The notes under the pieces are model-generated. The model was not told the DNA's origin. It made no database searches and saw nothing but the letters and a program-made list of their open reading frames with translations. From assembly GCA_022564935.1 (NCBI GenBank), contig JADFKM010000001.1, forward strand, positions 464 to 64,463: a stretch of DNA of 64,000 nt, in the 5' to 3' direction. Made by a program: the position numbers and the translations under genes. The DNA comes from Candidatus Dadabacteria bacterium (GTDB lineage Bacteria > Desulfobacterota_D > UBA1144 > Nemesobacterales > JADFKM01). Positions 20,035-29,884 of this stretch are shown here, piece by piece (within the stretch, counting starts at the first letter, position 1; each line of letters starts with the position of its first letter).

Positions 20035-20313
20035 TCAGAACTCGGTCGTGAACCCGTCAAACTCGCTTAAGTATTCCCCCCACTCAAGCTCAATATCATC
20101 CACACGCGCGTCTTCGGGGCCTTGCCTGCACCAGTGCGCAAGCTCGTTCAGCTTGTCCCTTTCGCCCTCTGCTGTAATCTCCACCGATCCGTCTTCTCTG
20201 TTCCTCACCCGTCCTCCGAGGCCCAGCGAGGCAGCTATGCTAATGGTTGAAGCCCTGAAGAAAACCCCCTGCACCCTTCCGCTCACTACGATACGGACTC
20301 TGCATTTGCTCAC
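20035..20313 (-). CDS. acyP: Acylphosphatase
   Basis: GRVQGVFFR, VRNREDGSVE, GP. Confidence 0.95.
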   Translation of the reverse strand: MSKCRVRIVVSGRVQGVFFRASTISIAASLGLGGRVRNREDGSVEITAEGERDKLNELAHWCRQGPEDARVDDIELEWGEYLSEFDGFTTEF

Positions 20314-20630
20314 CTTCAGTCCCCTCGTCGATCGATTATCGGCGTCCTGTGCCTCGATTCTTCCGGGCGCCTTCCTCGCGTCGCCCCCTAAGCTCTGAGG
20401 AATCCGTTCCTGCCCCTCCCCTTGTGTTCACCCCCCCTCGGCAATAATACCAAAATGGAGGGAGAGTGTCAATATATTTAGGTTTGTGGAGAAATTACAA
20501 TCAATTCTTCAAGTACATTAGTAGAAATTAGCGTGTCTGAAACACCCCTTCTCCGGCTAAATTTGTTTTTAGTTGCGAGAGATTGCGGCAGGCAGGAGTC
20601 AGCTTGCGCCTTTCTCACAGCCAACCGGGG

Positions 20631-21619
20631 TTATCTGTCCCCGGAGGGCCGCCCTTCCAAAACCGCGGGGTTAACGAGGTTGTCCGGAATCGCGCTGCGC
20701 AGGGCCGCTTCTATGCTCTCTATGGACATCTCGGCCATTATCTGCCGGGTCTCCCTCGATGCGCTGCCGATGTGAGGAAGCAGCACGGCGTTGGGGAGCT
20801 CGAGCAGCGCGCCTTCGATTTCCGGCTCTCGCTCGAACACGTCGAGGCCCGCCCCGCCTATCCTGCCGCTCCTGAGGGCACGGGCAAGCTCCCTTTCGCG
20901 TATTATCTGGCCCCTGCCGACGTTCACTATGACGGCGTCAGCTTTCATGGTGCTGAATTCAGGGGCGCCGAACCTGCCGCGCGTCCCTTCGTTTAGTGGG
21001 GCAGTGACCACCAGAAAGTCCGATTCTCTGAGCAGCGCTTCGAACTCCACGTAGCGCGCGCCCGTCTCGACCTCTCCATCGGGGTTCGGATTCCTGTTGT
21101 GGTAGATGACGCTCATGCCAAATCCCTTTGCCCTTTTGGCAACGGCGGTGCCGATACGGCCCATGCCGAAGATGCCCAGGGTCTTGCCGTAGACGTTCAC
21201 TCCGAGCAGCAGAGTCGGGCTCCACCCGGTGAACCTACCCTCGCGCGTGAACCTGTCGGCCTCCACGACCTTCTGGCCGCTGAAAGTATCAGGCTCCATG
21301 CGAGGTCTGCCGTGGCTTCGGTGAGCACGCCGGGGGTGTTCGTGACGAGCACTCCCCTGCGAGTGGCGGCCTCGACGTCTATGTTCTCGTATCCCACGCC
21401 GCAGTTGGAGATGATCCTGAGCGCGGGGCATGCGTCGATAATCTCTCCCGTTACACGGTCTGTGACCATGGTGATGAGGGCGTCGCAGTCACGGGCCCCA
21501 GCAATAAGCTCGTCGTCGGTGGGCTGGCGGTCTTACTCGAACACTGTGACGTCATGCTCGCTGCTCAGGCGCTCGACGGAGTCCCCGGGGAGCTTTGCGG
21601 TGACGAAGACCCTGCTCAT
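20631..21619 (-). pseudogene. D-glycerate dehydrogenase/glyoxylate reductase with nonsense and frameshift lesions
   Basis: MSRVFVT... start. In-frame TAA at 21533-21535. GVGYENID and NTPGVLTEATAD follow, then a 1-nt loss near 21270, then GMGRIG, NVGRG, LDVFE, LPHIGSA. Confidence 0.9.
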
Positions 21620-21621
21620 CG

Positions 21622-22932
21622 CTATTTGCCTTCGAACGGGTCGGGGATGTCGGGGTGCCACAGACCGAAGTGGTCTTTGTGGTTCTTGGTGTAGGCGCCT
21701 TCGGGGTAGAAGCTGTCGTAGAACTCCAGGTCGATGTGGTGCGCCTGCACCATGAAGCGCAGGAACATCGGGTCGCTGAAGGCCGGGAACCTGCCGTAGG
21801 TGTCGTAGACGTAGCTGCATATGTCCTTTACGACCTGGATCTCATCCTTGCTCGGCCGCTCCACCTCACCGAGTACCGATTCGGGGTTTTTGTAGGGAAG
21901 TTTATGAGTTTCCCAGTTCGTCCATTTGAGGTCGTTCAGGGCCTCGACTGCCTCGCCCATGTCCTTGTAGTAGGGCGGGCAGAACGCTTCGAACAGGCCG
22001 TCCCTTCCCACGGCCACGGGGTTCGGGTTGCCCGTCTCCCCTTTTGTCTGAGGGGTGATGAACCTGAAGCCGAGCCCCTTGTTGAATGGGGTTCCTCCGA
22101 GCATGAACATGCTGGCGAAGCCGCTGAACATCCAGCCGCCCAGGCCGAGGGTCTGGAGCGCTAGGGCCATGTTCTGGCCCATGAATGCCTGCTCCGCGAT
22201 GTAGCCGTTTGCGAACCTTAGCTCGGCCTCTATGAGAGGCATGCGCATCGACTCGTTGACGAACCCCTTCTTCACCCAGGCTTCCGTTCCGGGGTAGCGC
22301 ATGCCGTGAAGCTCGTCCACGAAGTTGAACCTGTGGTCGGGGCGCATGTAGAAGAAGTACAGGTTAATGATGCAGGCCGACAGGTCTGTTACGGGCATGA
22401 ACACGGTGGTGCCGGGCTTGTTCACGTTCCACAGGTTGTGCGAGGCGATGCCGGGGGGCTTCGTGGGCAGGTCGGCGCGGGTGTCTTCGAGCCTGACCTT
22501 CGAATCCCTGAAGAGCTCAAGAATTCGGTCTACCCTCTTCTCGCGGCTAAGCCCTTCGAGTCCCTTGAAGTCATCGGGCTTTTTGTCGTGCTGCTTTATT
22601 AGATAGGTTCCTTCGTCGTTCGTGTAGAACAGCTCCGTGCGGTGCACGTCGCCGAGCGCGGGGATTGTCTTGCTCGTGAACTGCATCTCCAGGTCGAGAC
22701 CCACGTGGGGTGGGAAGTCCGAGAGGTTGATGCTCTTTATTCCCAGGCCCGTCCACACCATCATGGCCTCTTCAAGCTCTGTAAGGGGTACGCTCTCGTG
22801 CCTGGATTTGTACTTGAGCGAGCCTTTGTCGATTTCCATGCCGAGGCCGAACCTCCTGGAGCGCCTCTGGAAAATGGCGTCGTGGAAGCTGTACTCTATA
22901 GCGGTGTTGAGTCCTCTCGGATGGCTGCTCAT
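21622..22932 (-). CDS. Hypothetical protein, possible nitroreductase-like fold
   Basis: 436-aa ORF with host-like codon use. N-terminal RRSRRF and QNMALALQTLGLGG resemble nitroreductase FMN motifs. Confidence 0.65.
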   Translation of the reverse strand: MSSHPRGLNTAIEYSFHDAIFQRRSRRFGLGMEIDKGSLKYKSRHESVPLTELEEAMMVWTGLGIKSINLSDFPPHVGLDLEMQFTSKTIPALGDVHRTELFYTNDEGTYLIKQHDKKPDDFKGLEGLSREKRVDRILELFRDSKVRLEDTRADLPTKPPGIASHNLWNVNKPGTTVFMPVTDLSACIINLYFFYMRPDHRFNFVDELHGMRYPGTEAWVKKGFVNESMRMPLIEAELRFANGYIAEQAFMGQNMALALQTLGLGGWMFSGFASMFMLGGTPFNKGLGFRFITPQTKGETGNPNPVAVGRDGLFEAFCPPYYKDMGEAVEALNDLKWTNWETHKLPYKNPESVLGEVERPSKDEIQVVKDICSYVYDTYGRFPAFSDPMFLRFMVQAHHIDLEFYDSFYPEGAYTKNHKDHFGLWHPDIPDPFEGK

Positions 22933-23052
22933 TGTGTGCCCCCTTGAATTTGGTTTTTGAGTTTCGCCCGACTGCTAGATTATATCAGGAGGCCGCTGGA
23001 TTGGCACCCCCCGATTGATAATTTCTCGCCCCCGATGGTAGAGTCAACGGAC

Positions 23053-23195
23053 GTGAGCGAGAAACGAGACAGGCTCAAGGAGCGTAGGTGCGCAAGGTGA
23101 TTGTGGTCGTGGATAGGGAGGAGGGAGCAGAACAACGCATCCGCGACGAGGGAATAGAGTATTTCTCGATATTCAAAGTGAGCGAGCTGCTTTGA
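23053..23195 (+). pseudogene. pyrE: Orotate phosphoribosyltransferase remnant (internal deletion)
   Basis: GTG-start MSEKRDRLKE joined out of frame to VRKVIVVVDREEGAEQRIRDEGIEYFSIFKVSELL*, a typical PyrE C-terminus. The PRPP-binding core is absent. Confidence 0.75.
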
Positions 23196-23289
23196 GTCTC
23201 TTTGCCTGCTAACTACACTCTATCTATAAATTAAATTATAAAATGTTAATATGGTATTAGTTGTTCCAAATTAATGAGGATCAATAAAA

Positions 23290-24049
23290 ATGGCTAATAA
23301 TAAGAAGAAATGCTTTGTAATTTGTCAAATAGGTGAGGACAACTCGGAAGAGAGACAGCATACAGATGATGTTATGGAATATATAATCAAACCCGCCACA
23401 GATGAATGCGGATATGATGCGAAACGTTCCATAGATCTCAAGTTACCGACTACTATTACAAATGAAATAATAATTGAATTGATGGAAGCACCTCTTGTCA
23501 TAGCTGACATATCTGGGAGAAACCCAAACGTTTTCTATGAACTAGCAATAAGGCACTTTGCAAACAAAGCCACAATACAAATTAAAAATAAGTCTGAAGA
23601 CATTCCATTTGATATTAACGACCAAAGCACTATTGATTTATGGATTGCACTCTAGGGATGCACAAACAGGTAAAAATAAAATTATAGAACAAATCAAGGA
23701 ATTGGAAAAAAATCCCTCATTGAATAATCCTATAATTGTTGCGCAAAATGTAAAAAAGATCAGGGATAGTGAAAACCCATTAGAAAAAAGTGTTGCAGAA
23801 CTGATGTTAATGCTAGAGAAATTTGGAGCCAGGATTGGCGGTGTAGAGTCAATGCTAAGTATCATGTCTATGGGTAATGTATCGACTAGTGCTGGGATAC
23901 TGGGAAACTTATTTCTACCAAACCCGTATTTAGCAAAAAGTTTTACTTCAGGCACTCTAAAAACCCCTACTAAACTACCTAAGATACTAAAAGTGTTGTC
24001 TGAAATAGAAACAGAAGAGGAACAAAAGAAAAAGAAGAAAGAAAAGTAG
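23290..24049 (+). pseudogene. AT-rich nucleoside 2-deoxyribosyltransferase-like protein, split by a frameshift at ~23637-23639
   Basis: CFVICQIG...VIADISGRNPNVFYELAIRH. Removing one T from GATTTATGGA fuses ORFs 23290-23655 and 23558-24049. Confidence 0.7.
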
Positions 24050-24351
24050 CTTATTAATCGTATGGAAACCTACGAATTAGAAGGGCTACTTATCACGGGT
24101 CGGAGCCGCTTTGATTTTTCTCCCCTTCTTTATGCGGCCGGAACCCTTGACCTTGGGCTTCGCTCCTTTTCCTGCCCTTTAACCATCTAATATGTAAGAA
24201 AGACTCGGCGCAAAAATAGATTGAGTTTTTTTGAGGTGATTCGATATGTCATATGGCAATTCAGATAATAAGGAAGAGAGCTGCCGGTGCGGCTACGTTT
24301 ACCTCTTCGGCCTTCTTGGGATTCAGATAAAGAAGCTCTGGTACAGGTTGT

Positions 24352-25137
24352 TCAGGAGGTAATATATCGGCTCTGCAGCTTCCCCTTCAAAAACTCAAGA
24401 GTCTCGCCGTCCTGGGGTATGAGAAGCTGCTCCGGCGTGATGCCCGCTTCGTCAGCGGCTTCGCGAAGCCCTGCGCGGGTGACGGTGGCGTGGTCAACGG
24501 CCTCCATGTGTACCGCGACGACCGTGGCTTCGGGCGCCTCGCGGCATACGGCTATGGTCTGGGCGGCGTCCATGATTATGGGGTCTGCGCCGGGGAACTG
24601 CGCGCCGCATGAGTGTGTGACTATGACGTCGGGTTTCATGTGCTCCAAGACCCGTTTTACCCCTTCATACCATATCGTGTCCCCTGCCCAGTAAACTGTC
24701 GGCTCCCCTTCGGCCTGGAAAGTAAACCCCGATACGCTGCCCATCTGCCGGGCCATCGCACCCGTGCCGTGCCGGCCGGGCGTGCGTGATATGGTTATGC
24801 CTTCCCATTTCTCCGGCATATCGACCGGGGAGGCAGATTGGAAACCCCCTTGGCGCAGGGTCATTTCGTCTCCGGGCTGGCAGAATAGCGGTATGTCGCC
24901 AGGGAGAAGGCGCTGCGCCAGGGGGTCGATGTGGTCGGGGTGCAGGTGGGATACGATGACAAGCTCCACTCCGTCCACCACTTCGGGCGGCGAGCACGGC
25001 AGCTCTACGGTCGGGTTGGGCGATACGCCGACGAACGGTTCGAAGCTGTATGCGGGCAGTAGGAACGGGTCGGTGAGTATGAGCTTTCCTGAATACGTGA
25101 TGCGCATGGTGGCGTTACGGATCAACTGCAATTGCAT
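24352..25137 (-). CDS. MBL-fold metallohydrolase (beta-lactamase superfamily, YddR-like)
   Basis: IRNATM, SHLHPDHID, PGRHG, AGDTIW, AVHME. Confidence 0.88.
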   Translation of the reverse strand: MQLQLIRNATMRITYSGKLILTDPFLLPAYSFEPFVGVSPNPTVELPCSPPEVVDGVELVIVSHLHPDHIDPLAQRLLPGDIPLFCQPGDEMTLRQGGFQSASPVDMPEKWEGITISRTPGRHGTGAMARQMGSVSGFTFQAEGEPTVYWAGDTIWYEGVKRVLEHMKPDVIVTHSCGAQFPGADPIIMDAAQTIAVCREAPEATVVAVHMEAVDHATVTRAGLREAADEAGITPEQLLIPQDGETLEFLKGKLQSRYITS

Positions 25138-25145
25138 TTCGGCCT

Positions 25146-25751
25146 CTAGTGCTCGTGGGTATGCCCGTTGTTGTTGCCGGTTTCTTCTCCTTCTTCCTCG
25201 CTTGTTTTCTCGGTTTTTTCTTGGGGGGCCTGGTCTGTGGGGATTTTCTCGGAAGGGGGCACAGCCCGCCAGGAAAAGGAGCTTCTGAACTCGGGGTGGT
25301 TGATCTTGCGGCCCGCATCCGCAATCCAGAAAAAGACCCCCAGGCTTCCCATGATGAGAATTAAGGTCAGGACGCCCACGTGAAACTTGAAGCGTCGCAC
25401 TGCAGCTACAGAAAGGATGCCCAGGAGCGCGAGACCCCCCGTTATGTAGATCACGGTGGTCGCCGGATCAGTAAAAAAATGATGCTCTCCCATCCACTTG
25501 TCCCCCTCGGCTCCTATGACCGCAGAAAGTGGGAGCTCCTCGAACCTGTCGTGGGCCTCTTCTCCCGTCTGCATGACGAAGTACATAGATCCTGCGAAAA
25601 TGGCGCACAAGATGAAGCCTAGAAAGAGGACTTCTGTGTCTTTGAGGATGAACGAGTAGATAAGGACGAGCGCGGCGGCGGCGAGCCCTATGATGGGGAT
25701 GTGGTTTATCATGAGGTGGATGTGCTCGGGGGTCGTGAGGAAGTCGAACAT
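25146..25751 (-). CDS. Four-TM membrane protein with several His residues (DUF2231-like) and a His-rich tail
   Basis: HIHLMINHIPIIG, QTGEEA, HH, INHPE, C-terminal GHTHEH. Confidence 0.65.
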   Translation of the reverse strand: MFDFLTTPEHIHLMINHIPIIGLAAAALVLIYSFILKDTEVLFLGFILCAIFAGSMYFVMQTGEEAHDRFEELPLSAVIGAEGDKWMGEHHFFTDPATTVIYITGGLALLGILSVAAVRRFKFHVGVLTLILIMGSLGVFFWIADAGRKINHPEFRSSFSWRAVPPSEKIPTDQAPQEKTEKTSEEEGEETGNNNGHTHEH

Positions 25752-26032
25752 CGCATACATTATAAATAAGGCACTTGCGCAGTCAACGCAGGGGTGCTGC
25801 AACTACGAGTACATACGGATTTGGGAAGTAAAGGCCTAGGGGGATAGCTCAGTTCTGAAGGCCCTATTTATGGCGCCAAGGATCCGGGGAGGAAAGGGAT
25901 CAGGCCGGTTAAACTGGGCAAATTAAACAGGGGGCTGTCATTTATCCCCGGCTTTGTGTTATATTTGAAGACAGAATTCAAGAGGAGTTTTTGTGTACAC
26001 AGTTAGCGGGACAGCCCCGCAATTCCTGTATG

Positions 26033-26452
26033 TCAGCTCTCTTTATCAGTCTTGGATTTAAAGCTCTTTAAATTTTCTTCGTTCTCGAAGTAATACACTT
26101 TGCCGTCAGGCACCGCACCTATGACAGCCAGCGCTTTATCGACAACATTCCCACTGACGGGGTCGACTGCGAATCGAGTATTCGAATCGTTCTGCAGTTT
26201 AGCCTTACACATTTCGCAGCAGCCGTAGTATGTTTTCCCTTCAACGCTGGTGGGGATTTGTTCCTTATCGTAACGTTGATTTGTGATCATACAAACATAT
26301 TTGTGGTCAACACGAGACAGATCCGAGTTTTTCGAAGCCGCAGAGGCATCGTCACTAGAACCTCTAGCGGTCGTCATGGGCGCTAAAAGGAACAGTGACG
26401 TAAGGACGAAAAGAAAAAAAGATGTTCTGGTAAAAACAGACAATGTATTCAT
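26033..26452 (-). CDS. Secreted YHS/TRASH-domain metal-binding protein
   Basis: Signal peptide, VCMITN, GKTYYGCCEMCK, DPVSG, VYYFENEENL. AGGAGG RBS before the ATG at 26452. Confidence 0.8.
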   Translation of the reverse strand: MNTLSVFTRTSFFLFVLTSLFLLAPMTTARGSSDDASAASKNSDLSRVDHKYVCMITNQRYDKEQIPTSVEGKTYYGCCEMCKAKLQNDSNTRFAVDPVSGNVVDKALAVIGAVPDGKVYYFENEENLKSFKSKTDKES

Positions 26453-26635
26453 AACTGGTGAGATCCTCCTTTTTGATTCCAAAGCGAACTATCTTATAAT
26501 TATATCATAATGGGCGGATGTATGTGAGTGGGAGAAGGGGGTGAGAGAGAAGATTCCATGAAGGGCGATGTTTCAATACTCCCAAAATAGCGTATAATCT
26601 AAAGAAGTTGCGCTAAAAACCTAAGAAGGATTGTT

Positions 26636-28207
26636 ATGAAGCTTGCGACCAGGGAAATCATACGCAATATTGACAGGCAGTCGATAGAGGAGTACGGCGT
26701 CTTGGGGCTTGTATTGATGGAGAACGCCGGGCGTGCGGCATCCTCCGTGATACTGGGGGAGTTCCCCCGTGCCCGCAGCGCGGCTGTGTTTGCAGGCGGG
26801 GGCAACAACGGCGGGGACGGTTTTGTGATTGCGCGCCATTTGCGCAGCGCGGGCCTTGAGGTGACCGCATACCTCGCCTCCGACCCGGAAAAGCTCGCCG
26901 GAGACGCCCTGACGAACTACAATGCGCTTAGGAGCGCAGGGGCCGAAATCGTTAAGCTCAACGGCAGGTGCACGAATTACGTCGAGGCAGACGTTGTGGT
27001 GGACGCCTTGTTAGGCACGGGACTCACGCGTGATGTGGAGGGCTTTTACGCCAAGGTGATAAGGTTCATTAACGGCCTCGCTGCCCCTAAAGTAGCCGTG
27101 GACCTCCCATCAGGGCTAGACGCCGACACGGGCTTCCCCCTGGGCGAGGCGGTGAAGGCCGACGTCACGGTGACGTTCGTTCTACCCAAGCTGGGGCTCG
27201 CCGTATATCCGGGTATCGACTACGCCGGAAGGGTCTACGTCGCCGACATCACCACCCCCAAATTCCTTGAAGAGGATATCCCATACGAATTGATCACATA
27301 TGACAGCATAAGGGGGTATGTTGCTCCGAGGGAGGGCGATACGCACAAGGGCACATACGGACACCTGCTTATACTGGCGGGCTCGCCCGGAAAGACCGGG
27401 GCCGCAATGCTGGTCGCTCGCGGTGCGGGCAGGGTGGGCACTGGCCTTGTGACCGTGGGCGTGCCGAGCGGGCTGAACCCCATATTCGAAGGTAGCCTCC
27501 TGGAGGCGATGACAGAGCCCCTTCCTGAAAGCGTGGACGGCTGCCTGGGAAAGGACGCCCTGGACTATGTACTCAACGTCCTCCTGAAAAACAAGACGGC
27601 GCTCGTAATAGGACCGGGGATATCCACAGAGGGGGAGATAAAGGAGTTCGTCAATGAAATCGTGCTGTGCTGCGAGGCGCCCGTGGTAATAGACGCAGAT
27701 GGAATAACCGTAATTGCGCAGGAGCCGGGAGTATTGAAGGAGATGAAGGCTCCGTGCGTCCTCACTCCCCATCCGGGGGAGATGTCGCGGCTCACGGGCG
27801 CGACTACTAAGGAGGTGCAGCGCAACAGAGTTGAGATTGCTAGGGATTTTGCAGCTATGTATAATGTTTATGTTGTGCTCAAAGGCGCCAGGACGGTCGT
27901 CGCCGAGCCCGGCGGCAGGGTGTTCGTCAACCCTACAGGCAACCCCGGCATGGCCACCGGAGGCACCGGAGACGTGCTTTCGGGGGTGATCGGCGGGCTC
28001 CTTGCGCAGCGCCTTGACCCCAGGGGGGCGTGCAGCCTCGGCGTGTTCGCCCACGGCCTGGCAGGCGACATGTGCAGGGAAGCAGTAGGGGAGGCGGGCA
28101 TGCTCGCCGGCGATATCGCCGAGATGGTTCCCGGAGCCTTGCGGGAGATTTCCCTGGGGGAAGAGGGAGAATTCGGGGGGAGGGAGTTTTTCATCACAGT
28201 ACGCTAG
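26636..28207 (+). CDS. nnr: Bifunctional NAD(P)HX epimerase/dehydratase
   Basis: LMENAG, GNNGGDG, DLPSG, HKGTYG, DADG, TPHPGE, GGTGDVL. Confidence 0.95.
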   Translation: MKLATREIIRNIDRQSIEEYGVLGLVLMENAGRAASSVILGEFPRARSAAVFAGGGNNGGDGFVIARHLRSAGLEVTAYLASDPEKLAGDALTNYNALRSAGAEIVKLNGRCTNYVEADVVVDALLGTGLTRDVEGFYAKVIRFINGLAAPKVAVDLPSGLDADTGFPLGEAVKADVTVTFVLPKLGLAVYPGIDYAGRVYVADITTPKFLEEDIPYELITYDSIRGYVAPREGDTHKGTYGHLLILAGSPGKTGAAMLVARGAGRVGTGLVTVGVPSGLNPIFEGSLLEAMTEPLPESVDGCLGKDALDYVLNVLLKNKTALVIGPGISTEGEIKEFVNEIVLCCEAPVVIDADGITVIAQEPGVLKEMKAPCVLTPHPGEMSRLTGATTKEVQRNRVEIARDFAAMYNVYVVLKGARTVVAEPGGRVFVNPTGNPGMATGGTGDVLSGVIGGLLAQRLDPRGACSLGVFAHGLAGDMCREAVGEAGMLAGDIAEMVPGALREISLGEEGEFGGREFFITVR

Positions 28208-28208
28208 G

Positions 28209-28706
28209 ATGCGCGATGTTTTTGAGGTCTCAGTTTCTGAGGCGGGAGATACGGTCAAGGTAGGCGAGGCTCTGGGCATGGTGCTTCCGGCGGGAAGCGT
28301 CGTGGCTTTGAGCGGGGAGCTCGGCGCGGGAAAGACCGTACTTACAAAGGGCATCGCAAAGGGCCTGGGCATAGAGGAAGAGCCGGTAAGTCCCACGTAT
28401 GTGATTATGAACGCATATCCGGGGAAAACCCCGCTTTACCATTTCGACCTCTACAGGGTTTCGAGTGCGCAGGAGCTTGAGGGCATCGGTTACGAAGAGT
28501 TTGTGTACGGTGACGGGGTTTGTGTGGTGGAATGGGCCGAGCGGATGAGGGACGCATTCCCCGAGGACGCCGTGGAGGTGGAGATAGAGATGACCTGGGG
28601 CAACGGCGGCCCGAGCGGGCGAAATATTAGGATTAGAGGGAAAAAAGATTGGCTCTCATTGTTCAAAAGTACGGTGGAACGAGTCTTTCCAGCGTCGAAA
28701 AAATAA
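28209..28706 (+). CDS. tsaE: tRNA t6A biosynthesis ATPase
   Basis: GELGAGKT, SPTY, HFDLYR, VEW. Confidence 0.95.
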   Translation: MRDVFEVSVSEAGDTVKVGEALGMVLPAGSVVALSGELGAGKTVLTKGIAKGLGIEEEPVSPTYVIMNAYPGKTPLYHFDLYRVSSAQELEGIGYEEFVYGDGVCVVEWAERMRDAFPEDAVEVEIEMTWGNGGPSGRNIRIRGKKDWLSLFKSTVERVFPASKK

Positions 28707-29884
28707 GATGGGCCGCCGCTCACCTGGTCCGCACGAAAGAGGCGGGAAACGACGTGGTGGCGGTGGTCTCTGCGATGGCCGGGGAGACTGACAGGCTGTA
28801 CGAGATGTGTCTTGAGGTGATGGACCCGCCGGACTCTAGGGAGCTGGACGTCATAACCTCGAGCGGCGAGCAGGTCTCCAGCGGGCTGATTTCCATGGCC
28901 GTTCGGGCGCTCGGTCACGACGCCGTATCTTTTCAGGGCCACCAGGTGAGGATACTCACCGACGACTCGTATTCGAACGCGAGAATTATGGATATAGACG
29001 CGGTCAGGATACGCGAGGCTATGGGGTGTGGTAAGATAGTAGTTGTGGCCGGTTTCCAGGGGGTAGACAGCGGCGGGAATATCACCACCTTGGGCAGAGG
29101 GGGCTCTGACTTGACGGCGGTGGCTCTTGCGGCGGTGCTCGGTGCCGATGCGTGCGAGCTTTACAAGGACGATGTGGACGGCGTGTATACGGCAGACCCT
29201 GAGGTTGTCGCAGGCGCCAGGAAGCTCAGAAGGGTCTCTTACGAGGAGATGCTCGAGCTCTCTAGCCTCGGCTCCAGGGTACTTCAGGGAAGGGCCGTTG
29301 AGTTTGCCAAGAAGTTCGGCGTGCCGGTGCAAATCCGCTCCACTATTGAGCCGGAGCGGGAAGGGACCTGGGTGATAGAAGAGCGGAGCGCTATGGGGGA
29401 GTTGGAGCAAATGCTTATCTCGGGTGTCACCTTCGATAATAACCAGTCGAAGATAACGGCGATTAAAGTTCCCGACAGGCCGGGCATTGCGAGCAGACTG
29501 TTCACCCTCATAAGCGATGAGGATATCGTGGTCGATATGATAGTGCAGAACGTGAGCACCGAAGGGTACACGGACATAACGTTCACCGTGTCCCGCACAG
29601 ATTTTAAGAAGGCCCTGGGCATTACCGAAAGAGTGGCGGGCGAGCTTGGCGCTTCGGGGGTGGTGTCCGACAAAAAAATCGCAAAGCTGTCCATAGTGGG
29701 TGTGGGAATGAAGACCCATTCGGGAGTGGCATCCGAGATGTTCAGGGTGCTGGCCGCCGAGGGGATAAACATTTTAATGATCAGCACTTCGGAGATCAAG
29801 ATCTCCTGCGTTGTAGGGGAGAAATACTCCGAGCTTGCCGTAAGGGCGCTGCACAAGGCGTTCGGTTTGGGGGAGGCGAAATGA
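28649..29884 (+). CDS. lysC: Aspartate kinase
   Basis: [27 protein letters not shown], two ACT domains. Confidence 0.97.
   Translation: MALIVQKYGGTSLSSVEKIRWAAAHLVRTKEAGNDVVAVVSAMAGETDRLYEMCLEVMDPPDSRELDVITSSGEQVSSGLISMAVRALGHDAVSFQGHQVRILTDDSYSNARIMDIDAVRIREAMGCGKIVVVAGFQGVDSGGNITTLGRGGSDLTAVALAAVLGADACELYKDDVDGVYTADPEVVAGARKLRRVSYEEMLELSSLGSRVLQGRAVEFAKKFGVPVQIRSTIEPEREGTWVIEERSAMGELEQMLISGVTFDNNQSKITAIKVPDRPGIASRLFTLISDEDIVVDMIVQNVSTEGYTDITFTVSRTDFKKALGITERVAGELGASGVVSDKKIAKLSIVGVGMKTHSGVASEMFRVLAAEGINILMISTSEIKISCVVGEKYSELAVRALHKAFGLGEAK

Noticed and set aside
25839..25854. tRNA-like 5' end GGGGGATAGCTCAGTT
   Set aside because: No D-loop GG, anticodon arm, TTCGA T-loop or matching acceptor stem follows.
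28649..28706. 58-nt tsaE/lysC overlap as a frameshift
   Set aside because: Both proteins have complete motif sets; this is a simple overlap with a TTG start.
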